Shown here: positions 8,390 through 16,968 of the stretch, one piece after another
How positions within the stretch are numbered: the stretch's first letter is position 1
Layout: each line of letters starts with the position of its first letter
IMG/VR virus record: IMGVR_UViG_3300014208_000083
Location: 1 to 37,693 of that record
DNA: 37,693 nt
From: a virus
Lineage: Duplodnaviria > Caudoviricetes
Reading direction: 5' to 3' (one strand)
Program-made: the position numbers and the translations under genes
Notes under the pieces: model-generated
The model's database searches: none
The model's input: only the letters and a program-made list of their open reading frames with translations
Told to the model about the DNA's origin: nothing

Positions 8390-9406
8390 TTAGGCAGGGT
8401 TCGCGGTTACAGCGACTTCAAGCCTTGCTACGTTCTGCTCGTTCAGGATCACAACGCCGTTGTATGTCAGCCAGCCGACATATCCACGCTGCCCCAGAAC
8501 GTCCGATTTATCCTTCTTCTCAGGATTCAGGACACTGATTTCAACCGATTCCCTGCCCTGGAGCGGAACGGATCCGAAAGCATCTTCCGCGAGGATGATG
8601 ATCGGGTACACGTCCGCAAGCTGTGCGCCGCTAGGAACCGCGCCGTCATGGTACATGGTGCTGGAACTTCCACCAACAGCCTGCCATGGGGCCAGGAGCG
8701 CGGAAGCTATGAAACGGATGCTTCCAATCTTCCCGAACTCGCCGGGAAGTATCTTTGTGGAGTCCGCATATTTCTCCATAGCAAGAAAACCTGCGACCTT
8801 GCTGATGTCGTAAATACAGTCCGTATGGCATATGCCGAAATAGGCCGGTGCGACAGGTTCAGTCGCCACGTTTGCGGTGGCTGATATGATCTTACTGATC
8901 GGCTTGGCTTTGTTGCGGAGGAAAAGGCGTATGATCTTGTTGAAATCACCCGCTACTGCCGGTGATACGACAAATCCACGGCCAGCGACGCCATTTGCGA
9001 ACGAAGCGTTGGTTCCGGCGCGGAGCTTGTAGTACCTGATAAGCTCCATGGTGTCGGCGATCTGTTCACCGCACAGCTCCATGTTCACCTGGAGGATGTT
9101 GTCCTCGTGGGTGTCCTTGATCACATCGGTTGTTTCAAGGATGTCGCCAAACTGCTCAAGATTGCAGATGACATCCGTGTAGGTGAGTTTCTGTCCGGAA
9201 GGTGTGACCCCTTCAGCGACAGGGGACGTTGCCGGCACAAGGGAATTATATCTCCTGTACTTGCGGCTGAGTCCTTTGTTTTTAGGCTGTGGGTCAACCT
9301 GGGCGAACCGCTCAAGAACCATAAGGTTCTGGGCGCGTTTCAACAGTTTCGCGACTGCGTATGTAGTCGTCCTCTGTGAAATGTCTCCTGATGTAGTCTT
9401 GCTCAT
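8390..9406 (-). CDS. Major capsid protein, N4-gp56 family
   Basis: GDISQRT...LKRAQNLMVLERF...AEGVTPSGQKL...GEFGKIGSIRFI...DVYPIIILAEDAFG...KSDVLGQRGYVGW. Confidence 0.9.
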   Translation of the reverse strand: MSKTTSGDISQRTTTYAVAKLLKRAQNLMVLERFAQVDPQPKNKGLSRKYRRYNSLVPATSPVAEGVTPSGQKLTYTDVICNLEQFGDILETTDVIKDTHEDNILQVNMELCGEQIADTMELIRYYKLRAGTNASFANGVAGRGFVVSPAVAGDFNKIIRLFLRNKAKPISKIISATANVATEPVAPAYFGICHTDCIYDISKVAGFLAMEKYADSTKILPGEFGKIGSIRFIASALLAPWQAVGGSSSTMYHDGAVPSGAQLADVYPIIILAEDAFGSVPLQGRESVEISVLNPEKKDKSDVLGQRGYVGWLTYNGVVILNEQNVARLEVAVTANPA

Positions 9407-9510
9407 AAAATCTCTCCTCGTTTGTGTTTGTGTTTGTCGTCAACGTCAACCACACTCGAAGCTCTTGAGATTCTATGATCTTCTACGGCTATCTCTCGTG
9501 GATCTATATT

Positions 9511-9750
9511 TTATTGCCTGGCAACTCTGCCAGACATAAATTTCAAAGTCAAAAAACGTTTGCAATGCTGGTTCTTGCAGAATATCCTCAACGTCCCTTC
9601 CAGCTCTTCACCAACTTCAAAAAGTATCTTGCCACAGTACGGACACCGCATGTCATGCAAAGAACTGGTGTCTATCACGCCTGTACTCAAGTCCTTGTTT
9701 TCAAAGACTTCACCGGACTTCGGATAAACTATTTTGTCGCTTCTTTCCAT
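9511..9750 (-). CDS. Com-like zinc-ribbon protein
   Basis: MRCPYCGKILF...LRIFCKNQHCKR resembles the Mu Com zinc finger (RCxxCxKxL...IxCxxCK). Confidence 0.65.
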   Translation of the reverse strand: MERSDKIVYPKSGEVFENKDLSTGVIDTSSLHDMRCPYCGKILFEVGEELEGTLRIFCKNQHCKRFLTLKFMSGRVARQ

Positions 9751-10607
9751 ATTGCGTCAAGATCCTCTTCTTCTGAAGGTTTTGCAGGTATATTGGCTCC
9801 AGGCCTCAATGTCCCCTTGTGCAGACCTTTCTTTTCCTTGAGCATCTGCGCCTGTTTGTTCTCGTGGTTGTACATCTTCAGGATGTACAGGACATCATCC
9901 GTCTTCTTTGATTTCGCAAGCTCGGATATCGCTTTCGGCTGCTTCTCGGACCATGCACCGAATTCCTTTGAAGCAAGCACTTCCCTGGGCTTCTCCTTGC
10001 TTTCAGGGTTGGATTCGGCATACTGCTTGTTTAGGCTGATATCGAACTTCTCCTGCATGATACCTTCGCGCATTTCATTGAAGTCATGCCCTTTGGCAAG
10101 CTCGCCAGACTGAATAGCCTGGTCAAGCAGTGTATTGGAGATATGCGAAGACATGAGAATCATCGTATTGAATATGTCCGGATAACTTTCCCTCACTTCG
10201 GCAATGTTGACCTTGGATCCGTCAGGCATCGAAATATCCTTGATTGGGAACGAATCAACAAAACTACCGATATACTTGCCGGCATCGAACTGTCCGTTCT
10301 GCGGAGGGGGTGTTCCCTTGGGTTTGTCGTCCGGCTTGTCCTTGTCGGCTTCATTGTCCGGTTTATCGTCCGGTTTATCCGGGTTCTCTTCAGCTTCTGG
10401 CTTCTGAGAGTCTTCAGGCTTTACAGGCTTATTCTTGTCTTCAGGCTTGTCCTGTGGTTTTTCGGATTCCTGCGGTTTGCCGGAAGCTTCGTTCGCAAAA
10501 ATATTGTCAAGCTCCTGGTCTTCGCTGGTTTCCTGCGTATCGGCTGGCGACGTAGACGGCTCTGTGACTGCGCCGGTGGCGGCGGGGGTGTCATCTGGCA
10601 ATTCCAT
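9729..10607 (-). CDS. Capsid scaffolding protein
   Basis: Acidic D/K/P-rich low-complexity N-terminus and EEEDLDAIW C-terminus; lies between portal and MCP. Confidence 0.7.
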   Translation of the reverse strand: MELPDDTPAATGAVTEPSTSPADTQETSEDQELDNIFANEASGKPQESEKPQDKPEDKNKPVKPEDSQKPEAEENPDKPDDKPDNEADKDKPDDKPKGTPPPQNGQFDAGKYIGSFVDSFPIKDISMPDGSKVNIAEVRESYPDIFNTMILMSSHISNTLLDQAIQSGELAKGHDFNEMREGIMQEKFDISLNKQYAESNPESKEKPREVLASKEFGAWSEKQPKAISELAKSKKTDDVLYILKMYNHENKQAQMLKEKKGLHKGTLRPGANIPAKPSEEEDLDAIWKEATK

Positions 10608-10609
10608 AC

Positions 10610-10861
10610 TTACTCCTTGTCGTTTATTCTTTTACATTCTTCGTATATCTGGCTGAGAAACTTCAATCCACGAATTTCTCCAAGCCTTGATGCAATCTCT
10701 CTTTCCGTTATCTGGTCAACTGGCAGTTCAACAAGACTCTCAATCCTCTCATTCCTTCGCTTCTGCACCGCTTCGATCACCACGTCTCCGGAACTGCAAT
10801 CCAACTGTTGAGCTGCTTTCCGCGAATCCCTTTCGTCAGGCAGATACTTTTTTATATCCAT
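10610..10861 (-). CDS. Small helical protein downstream of the portal
   Basis: 83 aa with RLGEIRGL motif; typical portal-to-scaffold spacer gene. Confidence 0.7.
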   Translation of the reverse strand: MDIKKYLPDERDSRKAAQQLDCSSGDVVIEAVQKRRNERIESLVELPVDQITEREIASRLGEIRGLKFLSQIYEECKRINDKE

Positions 10862-10874
10862 ATTCCCTTGTCAC

Positions 10875-10911
10875 ACTTTACGTGATACACTTTCTTAAAG
10901 GCCAAAACTAG
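10875..10911 (-). promoter_or_regulatory. Putative late promoter motif, copy 1
   Basis: Minus strand CTAGTTTTGG-N12-TGTATCACGTAAAGT just upstream of the 10861 start. Confidence 0.6.
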
Positions 10912-10937
10912 CGATAATAAAAAGATTTTTAATATTT

Positions 10938-12974
10938 TTACGCTACCGGCTGTGTATCTCCGGGATTGTTCGAAGGCTTAGACACTACATCTTGTGGTTT
11001 CTTGCCTTCCTGTATCTTGATCTGGTCTTGCTGATTCTGTATCTTCCCTATAGTCGCGGCTGCGTGTGATTTTGCCAGGGTAGTTTCGTTCAGCGCCCTG
11101 GTAACAGCCAACTGCGCCTCAGCTTCGTACTTCTTGATCTCGGCAAGTTTGGCCTGTTTTTCGAGCTGGTAGACTTCCTGTTTCTGCTGTTCGGCAAGCT
11201 GTATCGCCGCGGCTTCAGCCTGTCCAGCCGGAGACTGTGCATATGCTTCGCGTTCCTTCTGGGTGATTATGAATTCGTCAGGATCCACTTTTGTAGCCCT
11301 ACAAGCCTGTTCAATAATGCTTGTACCCCTGATTTCCTTGTTCATCTGCGGGTTCTGAGTTATCGCGGAAACCATCTGGACCACGCCGAATATCTGGTTC
11401 AAAGCCTGTATGCGCTCGAACGAATTCTGGTATTCGATGTATCCAAGCGGTTTTACGGCAAAATTTCCTTTGACCTTGCAGTTCGGGTCCATCATGTTGT
11501 AGTGGTAATAATATTCCGCATCGGCCTTGATAAGCTTGTCGAAGTTGTGCAGGATCCCGCCAACGTACTTGCCTGAAGAATCAACGACCTTCGACATTTC
11601 ATATGCGGTCTGCTGCCCGTTGGTCTGTATGCCCTGGGATATCTTCGGGATGTTCGAGTCTTCGTCAAACCAGCGTTCTACCACGGCTATAAGATCAAGG
11701 AGGCTTGCGCCAACGTCAGGTATCGTAACGCTTTGAATAGCTTCCCTTGCGTCCTTGCATTCTTCGGAAAGAGGGATATTCATTCCGGGAGTTACACTGC
11801 CGGAAAACTTGCCTTCAATCTTGCGTTCATGTGTCGCAAGTATCACGTTCCCCGAAAGAGCCTTGTTGTCGATAAACGATCTTGCAGCTCCATTCAAAAC
11901 CAACTGCTTGTCGTTCGTATTGTCAGGAACTCCTAAACCGCCTATTCCCTCAATATCCTCCTGGAGAACACAGTTTTCAAAAGGACGTTCCGAAGGATCG
12001 TCGGTCCTGTAATACCGGACTATCTCGGATCCTGCTACGCATATCATGCACTCAATCTCTTTGCCGTCGTTGTCATAGGTATCATTCGCCGGCGAACTCT
12101 GTATTTTTTGTTCGTGGTCCATAACAAGCTTCTTTGGAGCCCGTCCCCAGAATTCGCGGTACGGTATCGTCTTCCTGCGCTTTGACACTTCTTTCATTGC
12201 CGGAGACGGGTTATCGTCGGTGGTGGTCGATGTTCCGGCGTATTCCTTGATGACCTTCTCTATTGCGGCTTCATCGAAATATTCCGTACCTATCTGGCTC
12301 CTGAGCCAGAACGGGGAAACATAATCGTAATGGATTATACCTGAATCGCCTTCAAGATCGCGGAGGATGTTATACGGGGAAATATACTCGATGTTCGGAT
12401 AGTCGATGGATTCTACAATCAATTCAAACTGCTGCGCGGCCAAAGAGTCAGGAGGAATTTCAACGCCTTCAGGTACGGCTATTGGCTGGTAGGATTTCTT
12501 GGTTTTGGATGTTATCCCCTTTTTCTGCCAGGCTTCACCGATCACGCAGGCACAAAGTATGTTCTTCATCAGCACCCGTCCAGCCTCGGTTATCTGCGTC
12601 TGTCGGTCGATAAGCTTTTGCATACCTTTGGCGAAATCCTCTTCCTGCTGGTCTTCGGGAGTGCCTTCTGAAAATTCGTTGGCATCACCCATCAGGAACG
12701 GAAATTTCCCGTCACGGAGCAGGATATTCACGATAATCGAATAAAGAGCGATACATTTCTGTTTTGTCTTGCCGATGAATGCGTCCGAACGCCAGTCTTC
12801 GCCTTCGCCTTTCTTCCATACGCCATCGGAAATATTCTTAAAAGCGTTGAGGTTCTTGTTCCAGCGTAATTCAAGCGGTTTGCGGTTTTTCTTCCAGTCG
12901 TCGGAAGTATTCAACACGAAATTGGCAAGCGGATTAGTAGCTGATAGTGGTGTCATATTCCGGCATGGCTCCAT
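10938..12974 (-). CDS. Portal protein
   Basis: 678 aa; WRSDAFIGKTKQK, YREFWG, GIGGLGVPD, GQQTAYEMS, VKGNFAVKPLG motifs; Q/A-rich helical tail; synteny. Alternative start at 12956. Confidence 0.85.
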   Translation of the reverse strand: MEPCRNMTPLSATNPLANFVLNTSDDWKKNRKPLELRWNKNLNAFKNISDGVWKKGEGEDWRSDAFIGKTKQKCIALYSIIVNILLRDGKFPFLMGDANEFSEGTPEDQQEEDFAKGMQKLIDRQTQITEAGRVLMKNILCACVIGEAWQKKGITSKTKKSYQPIAVPEGVEIPPDSLAAQQFELIVESIDYPNIEYISPYNILRDLEGDSGIIHYDYVSPFWLRSQIGTEYFDEAAIEKVIKEYAGTSTTTDDNPSPAMKEVSKRRKTIPYREFWGRAPKKLVMDHEQKIQSSPANDTYDNDGKEIECMICVAGSEIVRYYRTDDPSERPFENCVLQEDIEGIGGLGVPDNTNDKQLVLNGAARSFIDNKALSGNVILATHERKIEGKFSGSVTPGMNIPLSEECKDAREAIQSVTIPDVGASLLDLIAVVERWFDEDSNIPKISQGIQTNGQQTAYEMSKVVDSSGKYVGGILHNFDKLIKADAEYYYHYNMMDPNCKVKGNFAVKPLGYIEYQNSFERIQALNQIFGVVQMVSAITQNPQMNKEIRGTSIIEQACRATKVDPDEFIITQKEREAYAQSPAGQAEAAAIQLAEQQKQEVYQLEKQAKLAEIKKYEAEAQLAVTRALNETTLAKSHAAATIGKIQNQQDQIKIQEGKKPQDVVSKPSNNPGDTQPVA

Positions 12975-12992
12975 CTGGTTTTAGGATTGTAT

Positions 12993-13029
12993 ACTTTACG
13001 TGATACAATGCGAACCATACCAAAACTAG
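12993..13029 (-). promoter_or_regulatory. Putative late promoter motif, copy 2
   Basis: Identical CTAGTTTTGG-N12-TGTATCACGTAAAGT upstream of the portal gene. Confidence 0.6.
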
Positions 13030-13055
13030 GGGTGTTTTAAAATAATTTGATATTT

Positions 13056-13685
13056 TTATACCACCTGTTGTGGTTGCCCCCTGTGCGGCATCTCTTCAAA
13101 ACCGAACAGGCACGTTCCCAGGGCAAGCACAGCCGGAGTCATGCGCTGCGTGTCTATTGCGAACGATGTTATCGCCTCATGCAACCTATCGCCTTTCCTG
13201 TGTTTCAACACCTTCTGGGCTATCTTCTCGAAGATTATCTGGGATACCTGCTCGTTGGAAAAAATATTGACTTCGATCAATGCCGGTTTCGGTTCGATCA
13301 TATTTGACCGCAACACCTGGATACGGTACCGATGGTTCAGGTCAATACCCTGCTGGAACGAAAGGAAGTATGAGTTTGCAAAATACGTCGTCCATGCGGA
13401 ATTGAAGAACGACGAAAGACCGGTATACTCGACAAACCCGTTCTTTCCAAGCACGTGATCCACGGAAATAAAACTCGTCTGCTCGAATATGGTAATAGTC
13501 TTATTTCTCAAATGGAGTCCAGCAACCAGCACGAAACCGTCTATGCTTCCCTGTGCCGGATCGTATGCAGGCCAGCATATCCCCCCTCGCATCTGGTATT
13601 CCCCGCTGTCGGCCTCATCTGCAAATTTCAGGCGCGAAAGTTTCCGGTCTTTTTCGAAGTATGCGCTAATTGGTTTTTGGATCAT
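13056..13685 (-). CDS. Hypothetical protein, possibly a degenerate RNase H-like (terminase nuclease-like) fold
   Basis: Probable start MIQKPIS at 13685; GGICWP...GFVLVAG...ITIFEQ strand pattern. Confidence 0.55.
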   Translation of the reverse strand: MIQKPISAYFEKDRKLSRLKFADEADSGEYQMRGGICWPAYDPAQGSIDGFVLVAGLHLRNKTITIFEQTSFISVDHVLGKNGFVEYTGLSSFFNSAWTTYFANSYFLSFQQGIDLNHRYRIQVLRSNMIEPKPALIEVNIFSNEQVSQIIFEKIAQKVLKHRKGDRLHEAITSFAIDTQRMTPAVLALGTCLFGFEEMPHRGQPQQVV

Positions 13686-14586
13686 CAAGTGTCTCCTTGT
13701 TGAACTCATGGCATTCCTCAAACACTTTCTTGAATTCCAGTGCGATCTTGCGTATGTCATGTCGGTCTTCCGCGTACTTTCTGCCTTTTTCAGCAAGACG
13801 TTTCGGCAGATCCTGTGATTCAGCAAGCAAGATCAACAGACTGGCAATGCTGTCAACGGACCTGGAGCAGAACAACACGTTGTCAAAGTTTTGAAGCTCC
13901 TCACCGTGGAGTCCCGCGGCCTTGGTGGTTATTACAGGCACCCCGCAGGCAAGGGCTTCCATGACCGTATTCGAGCATCCTTCTCCAAGCGTAGGATGTA
14001 CCAGGCAGTCGATTCGGTGGTAGAACGAATCGCGCATCTGGTCATGCGGCAACTGATTATCACCGTAATACGTCCCGACAAACTCAAATCCCAGCTTACG
14101 GCATGCTATCTCAACAAGGTCAATCCCCTTATAGCTCCGGTACATTGGAATCATCACGTTCCCGCAGAACCCTACACGGAACCCTTCCCAGTCCTTCGGA
14201 GTCCTGCGCGGACACCATTTGTCCAAGTCGAGCCCGTTCGGTATGAGATACGTCCGTTCGTTCACCAGCTTTCCAATATCGTACAGAAACTTGTTTGTGG
14301 CTATTATCGCGTAACACTTCTTCATCTGCTGGAGGTAGAACAGGACTGCATCGTTGTGGATGAACGTCTTGTTTCCGCCGAGCCTGCATAAGGTCTGCCT
14401 CTTGCGGTAGAGGTTGGCCAACAGCGTAACCTGCTGGCATAATATGACATCCGCAGATATATTAGTATCAGCTTTCATTATCGCCCTTTCGAATTGGAAT
14501 TCATATTTCGCAAGCTCCTCGATAAGGGCGTTCTCGACCAGCCCCCACGACCATGTATGACCAAAAGCAACGCTCAATACTTTCAT
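13666..14586 (-). CDS. Glycosyltransferase family 4 (GT-B)
   Basis: IPNGLDLDKW, KGIDLV, HPTLGEGCSNTVMEALACGVPVITT (E-x7-E). Confidence 0.9.
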   Translation of the reverse strand: MKVLSVAFGHTWSWGLVENALIEELAKYEFQFERAIMKADTNISADVILCQQVTLLANLYRKRQTLCRLGGNKTFIHNDAVLFYLQQMKKCYAIIATNKFLYDIGKLVNERTYLIPNGLDLDKWCPRRTPKDWEGFRVGFCGNVMIPMYRSYKGIDLVEIACRKLGFEFVGTYYGDNQLPHDQMRDSFYHRIDCLVHPTLGEGCSNTVMEALACGVPVITTKAAGLHGEELQNFDNVLFCSRSVDSIASLLILLAESQDLPKRLAEKGRKYAEDRHDIRKIALEFKKVFEECHEFNKETLDDPKTN

Positions 14587-14732
14587 TGCTTATTCCTTTC
14601 TCTTTCAATCCTAAAAAAACAAAACACCGTATTCCGCCAACTCAAACATGGAGATACGGATTCAAACAAGGAACAAGAACAATGGCTTGAATATTTCGGG
14701 CAGTTCAGCCACCATTTATTTTTTGCTTTCAT
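14583..14732 (-). CDS. Small Cys-rich protein (49 aa)
   Basis: Manual translation MKAKNKWWLNCPKYSSHCSCSLFESVSPCLSW...; ATGA overlaps at both ends. Confidence 0.5.
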   Translation of the reverse strand: MKAKNKWWLNCPKYSSHCSCSLFESVSPCLSWRNTVFCFFRIERERNKQ

Positions 14733-15193
14733 TTACTCATGCCTTCCTTTATTTTATCTAAATCCTGCCGGCAAAAATCGTAATTATCCGCGTAGTATTT
14801 GTTGAAAGGCAAGCCGCCGCATACTCCGGACAGATAGTAGACCTCCGTAGACATCATGCCGAACAAGCCCGTTCCAACTGTATTGGTTTTTATAAAAACC
14901 GTTGATATTTTCAAAGGATCGACCAATAATCTCCTGCATTCAACGAACTTGTCGCAACACCCATGTTTCAGCTGGCCGAAATCACACATGCATGCGTGTT
15001 CGCCGTCAACCGGATCGCTCGGATCGGGATTTCCGTATCTTTCTTCAATCAAACTCCCGCCGATCCCCATGACAAGAAACGCGAGGTGGTTTTCCATGCC
15101 GCACCCGTCCATGAATCCTTCAAACCGCACGTAGACAAAACAGATATCGTCCGTTTCGACAACCGCTCCCGATCTTTTTAATTTTGTTTTCAT
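14729..15193 (-). CDS. Hypothetical Cys-rich protein
   Basis: Probable start MKTKLKR at 15193 (ATGA overlap). Confidence 0.6.
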   Translation of the reverse strand: MKTKLKRSGAVVETDDICFVYVRFEGFMDGCGMENHLAFLVMGIGGSLIEERYGNPDPSDPVDGEHACMCDFGQLKHGCCDKFVECRRLLVDPLKISTVFIKTNTVGTGLFGMMSTEVYYLSGVCGGLPFNKYYADNYDFCRQDLDKIKEGMSK

Positions 15194-15828
15194 TTCCAGT
15201 ACGCCATCCTTTCGTGTTTCTCGTATTCCCTCAGACACTGGCTCTTCTTGAACAGCCGTTTCAAATATTCCTGCTTGGATCCTTTCCGGATGTCCAGGAC
15301 AAGCACGCCCTTCGGAGACAGACACCGCATTATCAGCGACAAGTACACGTCAACCGGATAATGGAACCCGCAGGAAATCAGGGAGACGATAAGATTGCAT
15401 TCCGGAATGTCGTCAACCATTTCAGGCGTGTAGCAGGTGATCCGGTCCGGAGGAACTCCGTTGGATACCAGAAAATCCCTTGTCAACATCAGCTTATTGT
15501 AAAATCCTGTGTCCTTTGCGTGTTTGTATCCGTACTTCACGTAATCGCCGTCCTTGTCAAGAAGATGGAGGCTTGTGTCCATCACAGGAGGAATGCTTGC
15601 TCTTTTATATATTGCCCAGTCTATTCCGCCAACACCACAGCCTATGTCAAGCACGTTCAACGGATCGCTGTCCTCTATATCGCCGAGGGAAAGGGCAGTA
15701 GCGATATCATCGTAATCGCTGTCAATCTGTTCTTGAAATTTTTCAGCAAGAGCGTCGCCCGACAACCCCGCAAGATCCGTCCGCTGCAGTTTCAAGTACC
15801 GTTCCATTTCAGGAGTAAGCCTGATCAT
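15190..15828 (-). CDS. Class I SAM-dependent methyltransferase (small-molecule/glycan type)
   Basis: NVLDIGCGVGG motif I, LHLLD, NLIVS...GFHYP, LSPKGVLVL; start MIRLTPE at 15828 (ATGA overlap). Confidence 0.85.
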   Translation of the reverse strand: MIRLTPEMERYLKLQRTDLAGLSGDALAEKFQEQIDSDYDDIATALSLGDIEDSDPLNVLDIGCGVGGIDWAIYKRASIPPVMDTSLHLLDKDGDYVKYGYKHAKDTGFYNKLMLTRDFLVSNGVPPDRITCYTPEMVDDIPECNLIVSLISCGFHYPVDVYLSLIMRCLSPKGVLVLDIRKGSKQEYLKRLFKKSQCLREYEKHERMAYWK

Positions 15829-16142
15829 GTCTTCGCTCCCTGAAGGTTGTTCCCTTCGCTTACGATGTACCGGTTCCCGTCCTTCGCAATACCACAGGGG
15901 TACAGCGTCTTCAGCACCACCGTGTTCTTGCCTGTCATCTTCGAGTCCAGCCGGCATCCTGCCATATAGTAGATCGCCAGCTTCTCGAAGTCGGTCATCT
16001 TCTCAACATCCGGCATGCGCTTCTGTAGATCCGACGCGGTCGCCTCGATCTTCGTTATCGTGTCGTTGACGAACCGTTCAACCGGAGACACCTGTACCGG
16101 CGTTGCCGATTTGACCATCTTGAATTTCTTTTTTCTTTTCAT
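15825..16142 (-). CDS. Hypothetical protein
   Basis: Probable start MKRKKKF with AAGGGG RBS. Confidence 0.6.
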   Translation of the reverse strand: MKRKKKFKMVKSATPVQVSPVERFVNDTITKIEATASDLQKRMPDVEKMTDFEKLAIYYMAGCRLDSKMTGKNTVVLKTLYPCGIAKDGNRYIVSEGNNLQGAKT

Positions 16143-16153
16143 CCGTGTCCCCT

Positions 16154-16375
16154 TTATATTTTTCCGGCTGGTATATATATCCAAAAGCTAACTTCCTTCT
16201 TAAAATCCCTGCCATATATTACATTTTTATTATATTTTTTAGGGACAATACATGATGACTGTTCCCTGCATAAGTTATCCGAAGTATGCCATCTGGGATA
16301 ACCGCTCCCGTTGTCGCATTTATCGTATTGCGCAAAGTCGGCATAAACCTGATTCGGATTAAATTTCTTTTTCAT
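16154..16375 (-). CDS. Hypothetical protein (AT-rich)
   Basis: 73-aa ORF with AAGGAG RBS. Confidence 0.6.
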   Translation of the reverse strand: MKKKFNPNQVYADFAQYDKCDNGSGYPRWHTSDNLCREQSSCIVPKKYNKNVIYGRDFKKEVSFWIYIPAGKI

Positions 16376-16386
16376 CTGTCTCCTTT

Positions 16387-16596
16387 TTATTTTAATTTTT
16401 CAACCGCATCATGATATACGTCACTGTCTACGGCTATTTCATTTCCGGTATTCAGAATTAAAAAATAATATCTCTGATTTATCCAGCCATGTCCGCTTTC
16501 GAACTTTTCCTTATCGGCAAAATAACAACCTGAAACAAGATCTTTTTTTATCTTAAATTGCTTGCCAGATATAAAAATATCATTATTGTTTTTCAT
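16387..16596 (-). CDS. Hypothetical protein (AT-rich)
   Basis: 69-aa ORF with GGAGGT RBS. Confidence 0.6.
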   Translation of the reverse strand: MKNNNDIFISGKQFKIKKDLVSGCYFADKEKFESGHGWINQRYYFLILNTGNEIAVDSDVYHDAVEKLK

Positions 16597-16819
16597 CCCC
16601 TACCTCCTTCATATAGTTTTCAAACCACCTGTTCCCGTCCAAATGTAAAACTGTCCTGCTGTCAGCCTTGAACGCCTTGAACATGTTCGGCGTAAGCACG
16701 TGCTTCACGTCCGCTTCCTGCTTATTGCTCACATTGTCGTACCCCATACCTTTCGTCACGTTCTCGATGACGTACTTGAACGCCCATTCTTCGACGGGGG
16801 TGATGTGGGAAATTTTCAT
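16583..16819 (-). CDS. Stand-alone protein resembling the N-terminal part of the neighbouring GT4
   Basis: MKISHITPVEEWAF...EADV...RTVLHLDGNRWF compared with GT4 MKVLSVAFGHTWSW...SADV...RQTLCRLGGNKTF. Confidence 0.6.
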   Translation of the reverse strand: MKISHITPVEEWAFKYVIENVTKGMGYDNVSNKQEADVKHVLTPNMFKAFKADSRTVLHLDGNRWFENYMKEVGDEKQ

Positions 16820-16968
16820 GGCCATAATTCCCTGCACCTTTCTTCAATCATTGTTTGCAGTCTGGTTATTGCTTGCCGTTCAAGTTCCGCCTCTGTTGTC
16901 ATCCCATCGCTTTCAATCTCTATGGCAATAACACATTCAGATAATTTTATCGCAACTAAAACTTTCAT
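16816..16968 (-). CDS. Small hypothetical protein (50 aa)
   Basis: MKVLVAIKLSEC...; ATGA overlaps at both ends. Confidence 0.5.
   Translation of the reverse strand: MKVLVAIKLSECVIAIEIESDGMTTEAELERQAITRLQTMIEERCRELWP

Noticed and set aside
8390-9406. Assignment as an N4-like phage (Schitoviridae)
   Set aside because: The gp56-type capsid family is widespread, no virion RNA polymerase is visible, and the replication module is of a different type.
9475-10811. 212-aa and 241-aa plus-strand ORFs
   Set aside because: Antisense shadows of the scaffold and Com-like genes.
14729-15957. Long N-terminal extensions given by the ORF track (15325, 15957; likewise 13826, 29259 and 31626)
   Set aside because: They overlap upstream genes extensively; downstream coupled starts fit better.
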